DNA from: an uncultured Candidatus Saccharibacteria bacterium
GTDB taxonomy: Bacteria; Patescibacteriota; Minisyncoccia; 2-02-FULL-40-12; GWA2-44-9
DNA: 64,000 nucleotides
Direction: 5' to 3'
Assembly: GCA_964513645.1 (NCBI GenBank)
Contig: CAZENF010000001.1
Span: 7,303 to 71,302 of the forward strand
Below are positions 49,722 to 60,349 of this stretch, piece by piece. Position 1 is the stretch's first letter. Each line of letters begins with the position of its first letter. Under the pieces are notes generated by a model, which was not told the origin of the DNA, made no database searches, and saw only the letters and a program-made list of their open reading frames with translations. The position numbers were made by a program, and so were the translations under genes.

Positions 49722-51065
49722 ATGATACGGACAAGAATTGCACCGAGTCCAACAGGTTTTTTGCACATCGGAACCGCGAGAACGGCTCTTTTTAACTGGC
49801 TCTATGCCAAGAAAAATGGAGGAGAATTTATTCTCCGTATCGAAGATACCGATCTCGAACGTTCAAAACCCGAATATGAAAAAGATATAATCGAAGGTCT
49901 TAAATGGCTTGGTTTGGATTGGCACGGTGAAATTTACCACCAATCGGAACGTCTCGCGATCTACGAAAAATATTTAAAAGAATTGTTAGATTCCGGCAAA
50001 GCATTCTGGTGCAATCATTCAAAAGAAGAACTCGAAGCCGAACAAAAAGAACAGACTTTAAAAAAAGAAGCGCCCAGACATATCTGCGACCACAAGGATA
50101 AGAATTTAAAAAAAGGCCAGATAATCAGATTGAATGTAAACACCAGTTCAAAAGAAAAGATATCCTTTGATGACAAGATACGAGGCACGATCGAATGGGA
50201 AACAGGGCTTTTAGGAGATTTCAGTTTAGCCAAAGACCTAAAAACGCCGCTTTATAATTTTGCGGCAGTAATAGATGACATTGAATTAAAAATAACTGAC
50301 GTGATAAGAGGGGAGGATCATATTTCAAACACTCCCAAACAACTTCTTATCTACCGGGCCCTCGGTGCCCAACCTCCAAAATTTGCCCATTTACCGCTGA
50401 TCCTGGGTTCAGACCGCTCAAAATTATCCAAACGAGATGGAGCAACATCAATTGTGGAATATAAAAAAGATTATTTGCCTGAAGCAATGATAAATTTCAT
50501 GGGATTTTTAGGGTACACATACACCGAAGAAATATTGAGCAAAGATGACATGGCCGGCGAATTTGAATTATCAAAAGTCCACAAATCTGGAGCAATATTT
50601 GATACTAAAAAATTAAATTGGATAAACGCCCAATATATAAAGAACCTCGACGTATCTGAATTTAAAAAATTAACGAACTTGGATGATATTTCTGAAGAAG
50701 CCGTGCCTTTAATAACTGAACGGCTTGAAAAATTGACCGATATCCAAAATTTTAAATATCTATGGGAACAGCCCCCATATGATAAAGATTTACTAAAATG
50801 GGAAAAAACAAATTTAGAAAAATCTTTGGAAACTTTGGCTGAAACAAAAAAAATAATCGAAAATTTTGATTTTGAAAAGGGTAAAGCCGAGCTCCGAAAG
50901 ATTTTAGACGATTTTTCGTCTAAAATAGGGGATAGAGGCCTGGTTTACTGGCCTCTCCGAGTTGCCCTAACCGGTCAGGAAAAGTCGCCCGATCCGGTTG
51001 ATATTGCTTATACTCTGGGTAAAGAAAAAACCCTCGAAAGGGTTATAACGGCGATCACAAATTAA
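49722..51065 (+). CDS. gltX: Glutamate--tRNA ligase
   Basis: APSPTGFLHIG, RIEDTD, IRGEDH, KLSKR. Confidence 0.96.
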   Translation: MIRTRIAPSPTGFLHIGTARTALFNWLYAKKNGGEFILRIEDTDLERSKPEYEKDIIEGLKWLGLDWHGEIYHQSERLAIYEKYLKELLDSGKAFWCNHSKEELEAEQKEQTLKKEAPRHICDHKDKNLKKGQIIRLNVNTSSKEKISFDDKIRGTIEWETGLLGDFSLAKDLKTPLYNFAAVIDDIELKITDVIRGEDHISNTPKQLLIYRALGAQPPKFAHLPLILGSDRSKLSKRDGATSIVEYKKDYLPEAMINFMGFLGYTYTEEILSKDDMAGEFELSKVHKSGAIFDTKKLNWINAQYIKNLDVSEFKKLTNLDDISEEAVPLITERLEKLTDIQNFKYLWEQPPYDKDLLKWEKTNLEKSLETLAETKKIIENFDFEKGKAELRKILDDFSSKIGDRGLVYWPLRVALTGQEKSPDPVDIAYTLGKEKTLERVITAITN

Positions 51066-51507
51066 TAAAAATTAACAAAAAAACCATAAAATTAATAAAA
51101 ACGTGGGAAACAAAAGAGCTTATATAACCGCCCCGTAAGAAGGCCAGAGATAAGATAATACCGGCAGAACCTTGAATGAACAAATGATGCCAAGAACCGT
51201 GACCAAGTCCGAATATTGACGATGATAAAATAATCACCGCCCATAAAATATATTTATTTTCAGTAAAACGTTTAGTTAATTTTATCGGTATAAACCGGAA
51301 TATAAACTCTTCGATAGCTGGGGCAATAATCACCATAACAAAAAACAAAAGTACAGGTAACTTGAAGTCTTCCGGTTCTATAACTTTGGAAGGTTCTGAC
51401 AAGCCCAAATTTGATAAGATCATAAATAACACAGATATTGCAACAGATGTTCCTATCGCTATCCACCCGAACTTAATTCCGATTTTTATCTTGTCTTTTA
51501 AACTCAA
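51055..51507 (-). CDS. CPBP (CAAX/Abi) intramembrane glutamic protease
   Basis: APAIEEFIFR, FGLGH, H...N motifs. Confidence 0.85.
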   Translation of the reverse strand: MSLKDKIKIGIKFGWIAIGTSVAISVLFMILSNLGLSEPSKVIEPEDFKLPVLLFFVMVIIAPAIEEFIFRFIPIKLTKRFTENKYILWAVIILSSSIFGLGHGSWHHLFIQGSAGIILSLAFLRGGYISSFVSHVFINFMVFLLIFINL

Positions 51508-51523
51508 ATCTAACTCCTTGTAA

Positions 51524-52834
51524 ATGAACTATTCTCCCAATTACAATATAAAACCATTTAAAAAACAAGTGGCTTTTTTATTTATCTTGTTCTTGGTCAC
51601 CGGTCTTTCCTTAAATGTCATCCGTCCAGCAAATGCTACCGAAATCTCTCCAGCCGACCAGCAGAAAATTGCTGACCTTCAAAAACAAATAGACGCGCTC
51701 CAGAAAGAAGCCGATCAGTACACCGGCAATATCCAAGATGCTCAATCCAAAGCCGTATCCCTAAAGAACGAGATAAGCATTCTTCAGAATCAGATAAGCA
51801 AAATCCAGACCCAGATACAGATGACATCAAAGAATATCGACAAGACCGGGGTTGAGATACAAGGTATAGAAAATAATATTTTTGATACTCAAAAAAATAT
51901 CGATTACAAAAAAACCGCCATCGGGGTAATGCTTAATTCGGTTTATCAGCAGGATGCGGACAGTCTTCTGACATTGCTTTTGAAAAACAGGAACTTGTCG
52001 GACTTCCTGAAACGCAATCAGGAAGTGGCCGATATAAATAATGCTTTGATCGATATCGTTGATACTTTAAAAAAAGACGAGACTGACCTGGAACATAACC
52101 AATCCGACCTCGAGAACAAAAAACAACAGCTCGAAGACCTTAATAAACAGCAGAAGGAACAACAAAGTTCTCTTAACCAAACCAAGACAGGCAAGAACAC
52201 TTTATTAACTGAAACAAAAGGCGAGGAAGCCAAGTACCAAAAAATGCTCAAAGACGTCGAGGCCGAAAAAACATTATTCTTCACCCAATTAAAAGAGATC
52301 GAAACCAAGGTTATTCAAGGTGGATTATATATTCTTCATGTTCAAGCCCAGAATCTTCCCAAAAAAGGAACCAATATTTTCGCCTGGCCGGAAAGCGGCT
52401 ACCATCTGACCCAAAGTTATGGATGTACTTCTTATGCCCGGTGCGGACGCAGTTCCGGGGCTTACGGCGGTTCGCCTCACAACGGAATTGATATGGCGGC
52501 CGGATATGGTTCACCGATTAAAGCTATTGGGGACGGTACGATAATCGCAAACGGCAAAAACGACGGTTGGGGCAACTGGGTCTCCATCCAACACCCACCT
52601 TATAACCTGGTCAGTCTGTACGCCCATATGAGCGCTTTTGAATTTCTCCAGGTCGGAACCCAGGTTAAATCCGGTGAAACCATCGGTTATGAAGGAAACA
52701 CCGGTAACGCCGAAGGTTCTCATCTTCATTTGAGCATCTACAAAGACTTTTTCACTTATATAAAAGATTCCAAAGGCCAACTCTATTTTAATTATTTTGA
52801 AGGAACAATTAATCCTCTGGATTATTTGCCATAG
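51524..52834 (+). CDS. Coiled-coil M23 peptidase (murein hydrolase/activator)
   Basis: Long coiled coil, HNGID, YAHM, HLHL. Confidence 0.9.
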   Translation: MNYSPNYNIKPFKKQVAFLFILFLVTGLSLNVIRPANATEISPADQQKIADLQKQIDALQKEADQYTGNIQDAQSKAVSLKNEISILQNQISKIQTQIQMTSKNIDKTGVEIQGIENNIFDTQKNIDYKKTAIGVMLNSVYQQDADSLLTLLLKNRNLSDFLKRNQEVADINNALIDIVDTLKKDETDLEHNQSDLENKKQQLEDLNKQQKEQQSSLNQTKTGKNTLLTETKGEEAKYQKMLKDVEAEKTLFFTQLKEIETKVIQGGLYILHVQAQNLPKKGTNIFAWPESGYHLTQSYGCTSYARCGRSSGAYGGSPHNGIDMAAGYGSPIKAIGDGTIIANGKNDGWGNWVSIQHPPYNLVSLYAHMSAFEFLQVGTQVKSGETIGYEGNTGNAEGSHLHLSIYKDFFTYIKDSKGQLYFNYFEGTINPLDYLP

Positions 52835-52877
52835 AACCTGGACGGAATTGTGTATTTTTTTGTGTTATACTTAGGAT

Positions 52878-54119
52878 ATGAAAAAAATCCTCGTTTTAGG
52901 CGGAGGATTTGGAGGTATCCGAGTTGCAATTGATCTCAAAAACAACCTCAGAGACCAAGCAGAGATCACGGTTATCGACAAAAACAACTATCATCTTTTT
53001 ATTCCAGCGATCTATGAAGTCGCGTCCGCTTACGGGATAAAAAGAGACCCTTTCGCGATTCAACTTAAAAAAACTGTCTGTTTGCCATATTCAGATATTT
53101 TTGAAGGCCAAAATATTAAATTTATGAATGCGGAGATCGCCAAAGTTGACCTTACTTCCAAAAAAGTCACGACCAATGGGGGACATGCAATGGATTTTGA
53201 TTGTCTGGTTCTATCTTTGGGTTCTGAAACCTCTGATTACAACATCCCCGGTGTAAAAGAATACGCTCATCAGTTTAAATTCCTTGAAGACTCACTCTTC
53301 ATAAACCAGCACTTATCCGAGATCGCCAATCAATTCTCGAACGGCCAAAGAAACGAACCTTTGAATATCCTTGTTTGCGGGGCGGGATTTACGGGAGTTG
53401 AACTGGCCGCAGAACTTGGCTGCTGCATGGATAATATCCGCAAGGCCTGCAAAATGAAAGGCCGCTGCTCTAGTATTACTTTGATCGAGGCCAGCCCACG
53501 GATGCTGCCGATGCTTTCGGAAAAAGAAAGAGGCATGATCAGAAGCCAGCTGACCAAGCTTGGTATCATTATCATGGAAAATTCTCCAATCGAAGAGATA
53601 GGACCGGATTTCATCAAACTTAAAAACGGTCAAAAAATAAAAGGAGACCTGATAATCTGGACGGCCGGCATCAAGGCCAACCGTTTTCTCGGCGCTATTC
53701 CCGGTTTGACCCTGACTCCGGCCGGAAAAGTTATGGTCAACGAAAATCTTTCAGTAAAAAATTATGACAACGTCTTCGCCATCGGCGATAATATGGAGTT
53801 CATCGACCCCAAGACCCAGAAACCCGTTCCGGCTCTGGCTTATGTTGCCATTGCCCAAGGCAAACTTGCCGCGAAAAATATATCTTCATCGGTTCTGGGT
53901 AAAAAACTATCAAAATATAAACCTTCTTATAATGTCTCCATCGTCCCGGTCGGAGGTAAGTTCGCAGTGGCCCATTTTGGCGGTGTTGTTATCGGAGGAT
54001 TCATCGGCTGGATCATCAGGGGCTTAACCGACCTAAGATATTTTATGTCCATCTTGCCTTTTAAAAAAGCGATTAAAGTTTATTGGGATGAAATGACAGT
54101 TTTTACCAGAAATGACTAA
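52878..54119 (+). CDS. ndh: Type II NADH dehydrogenase-like flavoprotein
   Basis: GGGFGG, GAGFTGVELAAE, IWTAG, FAIGD. Confidence 0.85.
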   Translation: MKKILVLGGGFGGIRVAIDLKNNLRDQAEITVIDKNNYHLFIPAIYEVASAYGIKRDPFAIQLKKTVCLPYSDIFEGQNIKFMNAEIAKVDLTSKKVTTNGGHAMDFDCLVLSLGSETSDYNIPGVKEYAHQFKFLEDSLFINQHLSEIANQFSNGQRNEPLNILVCGAGFTGVELAAELGCCMDNIRKACKMKGRCSSITLIEASPRMLPMLSEKERGMIRSQLTKLGIIIMENSPIEEIGPDFIKLKNGQKIKGDLIIWTAGIKANRFLGAIPGLTLTPAGKVMVNENLSVKNYDNVFAIGDNMEFIDPKTQKPVPALAYVAIAQGKLAAKNISSSVLGKKLSKYKPSYNVSIVPVGGKFAVAHFGGVVIGGFIGWIIRGLTDLRYFMSILPFKKAIKVYWDEMTVFTRND

Positions 54120-54221
54120 AATAGGGGATAGCTGTTAATTATTTTATAACATATTATAATATTTGTGTCAATATTAAAGATTTCGGCGGGGGAGGGGCTG
54201 AAAAATTAATTTAAGCTCTGA

Positions 54222-54626
54222 ATGATAGGATTAATAATAAAATTAATTATTTTTATAACGACCTTAGGATTATTTTCAAACCCTTACTTATCTCTTGCCG
54301 CAAATCTTAACAAATCAATAAATTTATCGGATGTAAATCCAATGCAGGCCTTGAATCAGGCAACGGCGCCACTCAACAACCTCTGGCACGCGATATCGAA
54401 CCGCCTGAACAGTAACGCCCAGGATAATGGTACCCAAGGTATCCCAGGACTCTTAAAATCGAATTTAAACAGCAGTTTCAACCTTCAAGATACGTTCAAT
54501 AGCATGACCTCCGGAGGCATCCTTGGGGTAGTTAAATCAGCTTTTGTTCTGGTGGCAAATATATCTATCGCAGTCCTGGAAGCGGTGATTTCGATATTAA
54601 AGTGGTTATTAGGCCTGTTCAAGTAA
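54222..54626 (+). CDS. Hypothetical membrane/secreted protein
   Basis: Hydrophobic N- and C-termini. Confidence 0.6.
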   Translation: MIGLIIKLIIFITTLGLFSNPYLSLAANLNKSINLSDVNPMQALNQATAPLNNLWHAISNRLNSNAQDNGTQGIPGLLKSNLNSSFNLQDTFNSMTSGGILGVVKSAFVLVANISIAVLEAVISILKWLLGLFK

Positions 54627-54804
54627 AACCTGGATTTTTTGAAATATTATACTTCGCATAATCTACATTGTGCGACTATCCATTTAAAACAAAACCGGCC
54701 CTTCCCTATTAAGGACCGGTTTTTAATTGGGTCTTAAAGTTTTACAATATTTCCCCCACCTCACAATATTTACGTTACAATAAATTCGCGCTATTCTCTT
54801 TTAT

Positions 54805-55488
54805 ATGTCCCCACGCCTTATCTTCGATATCGAAACTATCGGAAAAGATTTTGAATCGTTGGATGAAAAATCCAAAGAATTTATTTTGGAATTCGCGGAA
54901 ACTCCCGAAGAAGAAGTGGAAAAAAAAGAGAACCTCGTTTTCTCCCCTCTTACGGGGGAGATAGTCGCTATCGGCATCCTGAATCCCGACACGGACAAGG
55001 GCGCGGTTTATTTCAGAGACGGTACAAATAAACTTCAACGAGAAATGGAAAAAAATATCCAATACGTCCCCTGTGCAACTGAAAAAGAAATTTTAAAAGA
55101 ATTCTGGGACACGGCCCAGCTCTATGACCAGTTCATCACCTTCAGCGGACATAATTTTGATTGCCCATATTTAACAATCCGCTCAGCAATAAATAAAATA
55201 AGACCGACCAAAAAATTAATGGGCTACCGGTTCACCAAGGGTCAAGACCTCCACATTGATCTCTACGACCAACTTACGAATTTCGGAGCCATGAGAGAAG
55301 GACGAAAGAACCTCCATATGTGGTGCCGAGCATTCGGCATTAAAAGTTCCAAATCGGACGGCGTGACCGGAGATAATGTCGGCGAACTGTTTAAAAATAA
55401 AAAATATATTGACATCGCCCGCTATTGTGCAAATGACCTGTTCGCCACCAAAGAACTTTTCGAATATTGGGATAAATATATTAAATAA
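54805..55488 (+). CDS. DnaQ/PolB-type 3'-5' exonuclease (RNase H-like)
   Basis: FDIET (ExoI), FSGHNFD.PYL (ExoII), HIDL, YCANDL (ExoIII). Confidence 0.88.
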   Translation: MSPRLIFDIETIGKDFESLDEKSKEFILEFAETPEEEVEKKENLVFSPLTGEIVAIGILNPDTDKGAVYFRDGTNKLQREMEKNIQYVPCATEKEILKEFWDTAQLYDQFITFSGHNFDCPYLTIRSAINKIRPTKKLMGYRFTKGQDLHIDLYDQLTNFGAMREGRKNLHMWCRAFGIKSSKSDGVTGDNVGELFKNKKYIDIARYCANDLFATKELFEYWDKYIK

Positions 55489-55516
55489 GATTATAAAGTA
55501 TTCATAAAAATTTAGA

Positions 55517-55666
55517 ACGCAGCTGGCTTGGCCAAGATTGAGGCAAAGATGAGGACCGGACTGAGCCATAGTATAACTATGGTGAAGGAGGACCGGAATC
55601 TTTAACGAAAATATTGGCCAAGAGCGTATCCGCCCTAATCTTAGGCGGAAGCGACCAGCAAGTTAT
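55517..55666 (+). ncRNA. Structured leader element, copy 2
   Basis: Stems gctgg/ccagc, cttggccaa/ttggccaag, aaagat/atcttt; core 55560-55597 identical to 930-967. Confidence 0.7.
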
Positions 55667-55667
55667 A

Positions 55668-56411
55668 ATGCAGTGGTTCAAAAACGTACAATCATTTAAA
55701 GATGCCTGCGGCTACGAGATAGACGGGATTTGGTATCCCCGTGTTACCTCCATCGTCGGCATCAAAGCTAAACCGGCTTTGTATATGTTCTATGCTTCCC
55801 TGCCCAGTTACGCCGCCGGCGAGGCGATAAAGGCCAAGTCCGCCGAGGAAGGCACCCTCATTCACGAAACCATCGAAGCAATATTACGCCACGACCCGGT
55901 TGTTATCCCTGAATCAATCAAACCAGCAATTAGCGCTTTTATGGAATTTTATTCTCAGAACGACGTAATAGCCCATAAGATCGAAGAACGGGTCGTTTCA
56001 AAAACACACCACTACGCCGGCACAATGGATGTCTTAGCCGAAGTGAACGGCAAGTTAGGCGTCCTCGACGTTAAAACCTCAATTGCCATCTACCGTGACT
56101 ATTCAATGCAGACCTCGGCCTATATTGAGGCCCTGCGCGAGAATCCCAATATGCCTCCCCTCACCCGCTGGATATTCAGAGTCGACCAATCAAGACCCTG
56201 TCTCAAATGTTCAGCCACTTTGCGTGACAAAGGCGGCCGTGAGAAAATTCGGAATGAAAAACGTAAGTGTGAACATGAATGGGGACCGATGAAAGGAGAA
56301 TACGAGATAAAAGAGATAACCACCTTCCCTGAAGACATCAAAGCCTTCCTCGCCTGCAAAGACCTCTGGGAATGGGAAAATAAATATTGGTTAGATAAGA
56401 TATATAAATAA
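55668..56411 (+). CDS. PD-(D/E)XK nuclease (phage exonuclease-like)
   Basis: PRVTSI, GTLIH, E..V, YAGTMD, LDVKTS, Q.SAY; CLKC...CEH insert; start taken at ATG 55668. Confidence 0.82.
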   Translation: MQWFKNVQSFKDACGYEIDGIWYPRVTSIVGIKAKPALYMFYASLPSYAAGEAIKAKSAEEGTLIHETIEAILRHDPVVIPESIKPAISAFMEFYSQNDVIAHKIEERVVSKTHHYAGTMDVLAEVNGKLGVLDVKTSIAIYRDYSMQTSAYIEALRENPNMPPLTRWIFRVDQSRPCLKCSATLRDKGGREKIRNEKRKCEHEWGPMKGEYEIKEITTFPEDIKAFLACKDLWEWENKYWLDKIYK

Positions 56412-56419
56412 AAACGGCG

Positions 56420-56749
56420 TTATGCCGTTTTTTTACCGATAAGAAGTAATCCGTTGAAAATTTGGTATAGGTAAGCCTGATGTTCATCTTTAAAAAGTGC
56501 ACCATTCGGGTTTTCACCTTCCTGAGTGATTGTCACAAGCCTGGGTTCACCATGTGAGAAAGACACCGTTTCATAAAAATTAGATTCAGCCGATATCGTG
56601 ATTCTGACATCTCCAGGAGTCTTTACTTTAATATAGTTAGTACTCAGGTCCATTACAGTACAATACCCAGAATAAGCTCTGCTCGGTGGATTGATCATGG
56701 CAACAGTAACCAACTCACCGATATGAAGATTCATGTGTCCCTTCCTCAC
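56420..56749 (-). CDS. Hypothetical protein
   Basis: 109-aa ORF; likely start at ATG 56734 after gaggaaggga. Confidence 0.5.
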   Translation of the reverse strand: MRKGHMNLHIGELVTVAMINPPSRAYSGYCTVMDLSTNYIKVKTPGDVRITISAESNFYETVSFSHGEPRLVTITQEGENPNGALFKDEHQAYLYQIFNGLLLIGKKTA

Positions 56750-56834
56750 AAGAACTACCCATTATCTTACAATAAATCTTAAAAATAGCAAGAGCTTCGC
56801 TGTTATCATTTCTCGACCTGCAAAGACATGCTTC

Positions 56835-57019
56835 GCCGTTGTCATTTCTCGACCTACTTTTTATCTTCGTGTCTAAATCATCAAATTAACTTCAATTAGA
56901 TCAAAAAATTTGAGCCTCGTCGGAAGACCTCCCCTCAAATTTGTTTGAACGATCTAATTCTCAGCTAATTTAATGATTATAGCCGCTTGAAAAAAGACGG
57001 TCTATGAAATGACAACGGC
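56835..57019. repeat. Foldback element A with 14-bp terminal inverted repeats
   Basis: gccgttgtcatttc/gaaatgacaacggc plus nested inner stems. Confidence 0.75.
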
Positions 57020-57141
57020 TCCACGAGTATGAAAAGTGCTTAAAAATATTTTTACGACCTAATACCTCAAGAACTTTTTGGCAGAGCTTGAAAATACTTG
57101 ATATTAATAATTCATTATGGTAAAGTTTTTCAGAAATAAAT

Positions 57142-57752
57142 ATGTATTCATTTTTTAATTCGAATCTCTTTATTGGATTAGCAACAATATTCACTGGAGC
57201 AGGTGTTGTTGTTATTTACTTTACTCAGAAAAAAGACCAAAAAGTTCAGGCTGCTCGAGTTTATTAACCGAAATTAGAACAGCTGAAGTAAGAATAGAAG
57301 AAATAAGAGATAAAGTCGTTTCAGGATTAACGTCAGACTTACCATCAGTTTTTCCCACTAAGAGTTGGAAAACATATTCTCATCTTTTTGTAAGCGACTT
57401 CGATCAAGATGAGCTTAAATTGATAAGCGACTTCTATGATTACGGTGAACTAATTGAATATTTCGGTAAACGGAATAAGGATTTTTTCTGGGTTAATACT
57501 GAGGAAAGAGCCAAGATCACACAACATTTTCTTGCTCAGATTATAGATAAAGCTTATGATATGTTGCCACAAAATAGGAATACGTTCATAACAGAAAAAA
57601 GAGATTTTTTTAGTTTTTCTTTTGATAATTTTATTACCCTGTATACTCCAAAGAAAAATGACGACGTTATAAAAGATTATTTAAATAAGGTTAATAAAAT
57701 AACTACATCTAGTTGCGGACTAAAGTTAAAGAAATTAGCAAAATTGAGTTAA
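57142..57752 (+). pseudogene. Frameshifted AT-rich membrane-anchored protein
   Basis: MYSFFNSNLFIGL...QAARV continues as LLTEIRTAE... into ORF 57420-57752 if one T is added at ~57260-57262. Confidence 0.65.
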
Positions 57753-57787
57753 GTTTAAATCTATTTTTATAGATTTAATTTCGCATA

Positions 57788-58006
57788 GCCCTCCTCATTT
57801 CGAATCCTTTGAGCCGAATCAATACAAATTCCATATATTTCTGACATTTTGCCGGGAACCGACGGGGGTGACCTGAAACGGCCCTACGGCCGCATGGTCA
57901 GGTCGGGGGTCCCCGGCGGTCGGACCTGCCTGCCCGGCAGGCAGGTAAAATTAAGAAATATATTTGAATTTGTTGATGAGGTGAACGGATAAGAAATGAG
58001 GAGGGC
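57788..58006. repeat. Foldback element B with 14-bp terminal inverted repeats
   Basis: gccctcctcatttc/gaaatgaggagggc plus nested stems; contains palindrome 57925-57945. Confidence 0.75.
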
Positions 58007-58029
58007 GGAGAGAAAAACAAAACCGAAAA

Positions 58030-59817
58030 TTAGCGGGAGGCGCGATCGGCGCGGGTGCGGCCAACTTCGGTGAGATGTTTTTTGCGAAGACGGATGTTTT
58101 TAGGTGTAACTTCGAGATATTCGTCTTCAGCCATTATTTCAAGACCGCCTTCAAGCGTAACCTGAACCGGCGGATCAAGAAGAATATTCTCGTCAGAACC
58201 GGAGGCGCGCATGTTGGTTAATTTTTTACCTTTAATTGGATTGACCGTCATATCGTGACCCTTTGCGACATTGCCGATAACCATGCCTTCATAGACCTCA
58301 ACATTCGGTCCGATATAAAGCGTGCCACGTTCCTGGAGATTGAAAAGTGAATAACCCAAAGCTTTGCCGGTTTCCATCGAAACCATTGAACCGGTCGAGT
58401 GACGTTTTATTTCGCCGACATGGGGCCTGAATTCAATTAAGCGGCTTGAGAGTATCCCCTCGCCTCTGGTATCTACCATAAACTCATTCCTGAAGCCCAG
58501 AAGGCCTCGGGTAGGTATTTCAAAGGTGAGCCGGACCTCGCCATGATGCTGTTCCATTAACGTCATTCGTCCGGAACGCTTGCCCATTTTCTGGATTACC
58601 ACGCCGGATAAGTTTTCCGGCACATCGACTATCGACTCTTCGAACGGTTCCATTTTCTGGCCGTCTATTTCTTTTATAATTACCTGAGGCTGTGAAACTT
58701 GGAGTTCATATCCTTCGCGTCTCATATTTTCAAGAAGAATGGCGATATGAAGTTCTCCACGGCCGTAAACTTTATAAAATTCATTGGATGAAAAATCTAC
58801 TTTAAGTCCGACATTAACCTCGAGTTCTCTTTCGAGACGTTCCCTTATCTGCCTTCCGGTCACGAACTTTCCGTCCTTGCCGGCAAAAGGCGAATCGTTG
58901 ACCAAAAAGTTAAGCGATATTGTCGGTTCGTCGATTTTAATTGCCGATAATGGCTCCTGGTCAGCTGAAGCACAAACCGTCTCGCCGATATAAATATCCG
59001 GCAAACCGGCGAGCATAACGATATCCCCCGCTCCGGCTTCGAGAGCTTCTTTCCGTTCCATTCCCTGAAATGTAAAAAGTTTAGTTATCTTGCCATTTCG
59101 GGTCTCACCATTTGGTTTTTTAACAAAAACCGTATCGCCGGATCTGATCTTGCCTTCATATATTCTGCCTATACCGAGACGGCCTAAAAAATTATCATAG
59201 GCCAAATTGAAAGGCTGGAATCTAAGAGGGGCTTCAGTGTTAGATGGGGCCGGAGGAACTTCTCTGACTATCAAATCGAGCAAGGGCGTTAAGTCCTTTG
59301 ATTCGTCTTTTAGATTAAGTTTGGCAACGCCTTCGCGTCCGATGGCATATATTGTTTTGAAATCAAGCTGTTCGTCGTTGGCGCCAAGGTCCATGAACAG
59401 TTCAAGAACTTTTTCATGGGTCATATCCGGATTCGCAGCCGGTTTATCTATTTTATTTATAACAAGTATCGGTTTAATTCCCAACTCGAGGGATTTTTTG
59501 AGAACGAATTTGGTCTGCGGCATCGGCCCTTCCTGGGCATCGACGATGAGCAAGACCGAATCAATCGAACGTAAAACCCGTTCAACTTCAGAGCCGAAAT
59601 CAGCATGTCCCGGGGTGTCGACGATGTTTATTTTGGTGTCTTTATAGAAAAGCGAGGCATTCTTTGAGTAGATAGTGATACCGCGTTCACGTTCAAGAGC
59701 ATTCACGTCCATGCTAAAATCCTCCCCGACCATTCCGGTTTGTTTCATTAAAGCGTCGGTCAGGGTCGTTTTACCGTGGTCGACGTGGGCGATTATTGCG
59801 ATATTTCTTATCTCCAT
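58030..59817 (-). CDS. typA: Translational GTPase TypA/BipA
   Basis: AHVDHGKTT, DTPGHADF, NKID, GRGELH, KKLTNMRASGSD. Confidence 0.97.
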   Translation of the reverse strand: MEIRNIAIIAHVDHGKTTLTDALMKQTGMVGEDFSMDVNALERERGITIYSKNASLFYKDTKINIVDTPGHADFGSEVERVLRSIDSVLLIVDAQEGPMPQTKFVLKKSLELGIKPILVINKIDKPAANPDMTHEKVLELFMDLGANDEQLDFKTIYAIGREGVAKLNLKDESKDLTPLLDLIVREVPPAPSNTEAPLRFQPFNLAYDNFLGRLGIGRIYEGKIRSGDTVFVKKPNGETRNGKITKLFTFQGMERKEALEAGAGDIVMLAGLPDIYIGETVCASADQEPLSAIKIDEPTISLNFLVNDSPFAGKDGKFVTGRQIRERLERELEVNVGLKVDFSSNEFYKVYGRGELHIAILLENMRREGYELQVSQPQVIIKEIDGQKMEPFEESIVDVPENLSGVVIQKMGKRSGRMTLMEQHHGEVRLTFEIPTRGLLGFRNEFMVDTRGEGILSSRLIEFRPHVGEIKRHSTGSMVSMETGKALGYSLFNLQERGTLYIGPNVEVYEGMVIGNVAKGHDMTVNPIKGKKLTNMRASGSDENILLDPPVQVTLEGGLEIMAEDEYLEVTPKNIRLRKKHLTEVGRTRADRASR

Positions 59818-59825
59818 TTGTGTAA

Positions 59826-59979
59826 ACTTGTACGCGCTCGGCTCATTTAATTAGAGCCGAAAGCGCCTTCGGTTTGGCCAATTTCTGCGTTAAATTCTCC
59901 GCCCAATCCTCACCATAGCTTAACTATGGCTCGGCTTGGTACTCGAATTTGCCTTGAACTTGGCTCAAACGCACAAGTT
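59826..59979 (-). ncRNA. Structured leader element, copy 3 (upstream of typA)
   Basis: On minus strand: aacttgtgc/gtacaagtt, gtttg(a)gccaa/ttggccaaac, aaattc/gaattt, gag-ccatag/ctatgg-tga. Confidence 0.65.
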
Positions 59980-60112
59980 CACCGGAGATCCTAACAATAG
60001 GCTCAAATCCGAGAGTCCTCTTAAAGAGTGAGCGAAGTACTAATTATAAGGCAAAATCGGGAATAAGTCAATTTTTAGAGTGTTGCTATAAAAATAAAAG
60101 CAGGACAATGTC

Positions 60113-60304
60113 CTACTTGGATTTCATAAAATCAATAATTTTTTGTGCAATTTTAGTATGAGGACTGGCTATACCGTTTTGCCATCTTTTAACTGTAGAC
60201 ACGGCGACCTGGAATTCATCAGCAAGTTTTCTTTCAGCTCCCGGATTATCGTCTAAATATGCGGTCAAGATACTTTGCAATTCCTGGTGAATGGCTCCCA
60301 TCAT
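60113..60304 (-). CDS. Small XRE/Cro-like HTH protein
   Basis: LADEFQVAVSTVKRWQNG..SP. Confidence 0.7.
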   Translation of the reverse strand: MMGAIHQELQSILTAYLDDNPGAERKLADEFQVAVSTVKRWQNGIASPHTKIAQKIIDFMKSK

Positions 60305-60349
60305 CAGTCTCCGGTCTTGTTAAAAACAGATACAATATATTATAAATTT

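Noticed and set aside
55614-55667. TTG start at 55614 and ORFs 947..1309(-), 55216..55569(-), 60785..61021(+)
   Set aside because: They run through structured elements or overlap well-supported genes and look like shadow ORFs.
55668-56411. Cas4 or a prophage
   Set aside because: No cas1 or array, the Cas4 four-Cys arrangement is not evident, and no phage structural or integrase genes are nearby.
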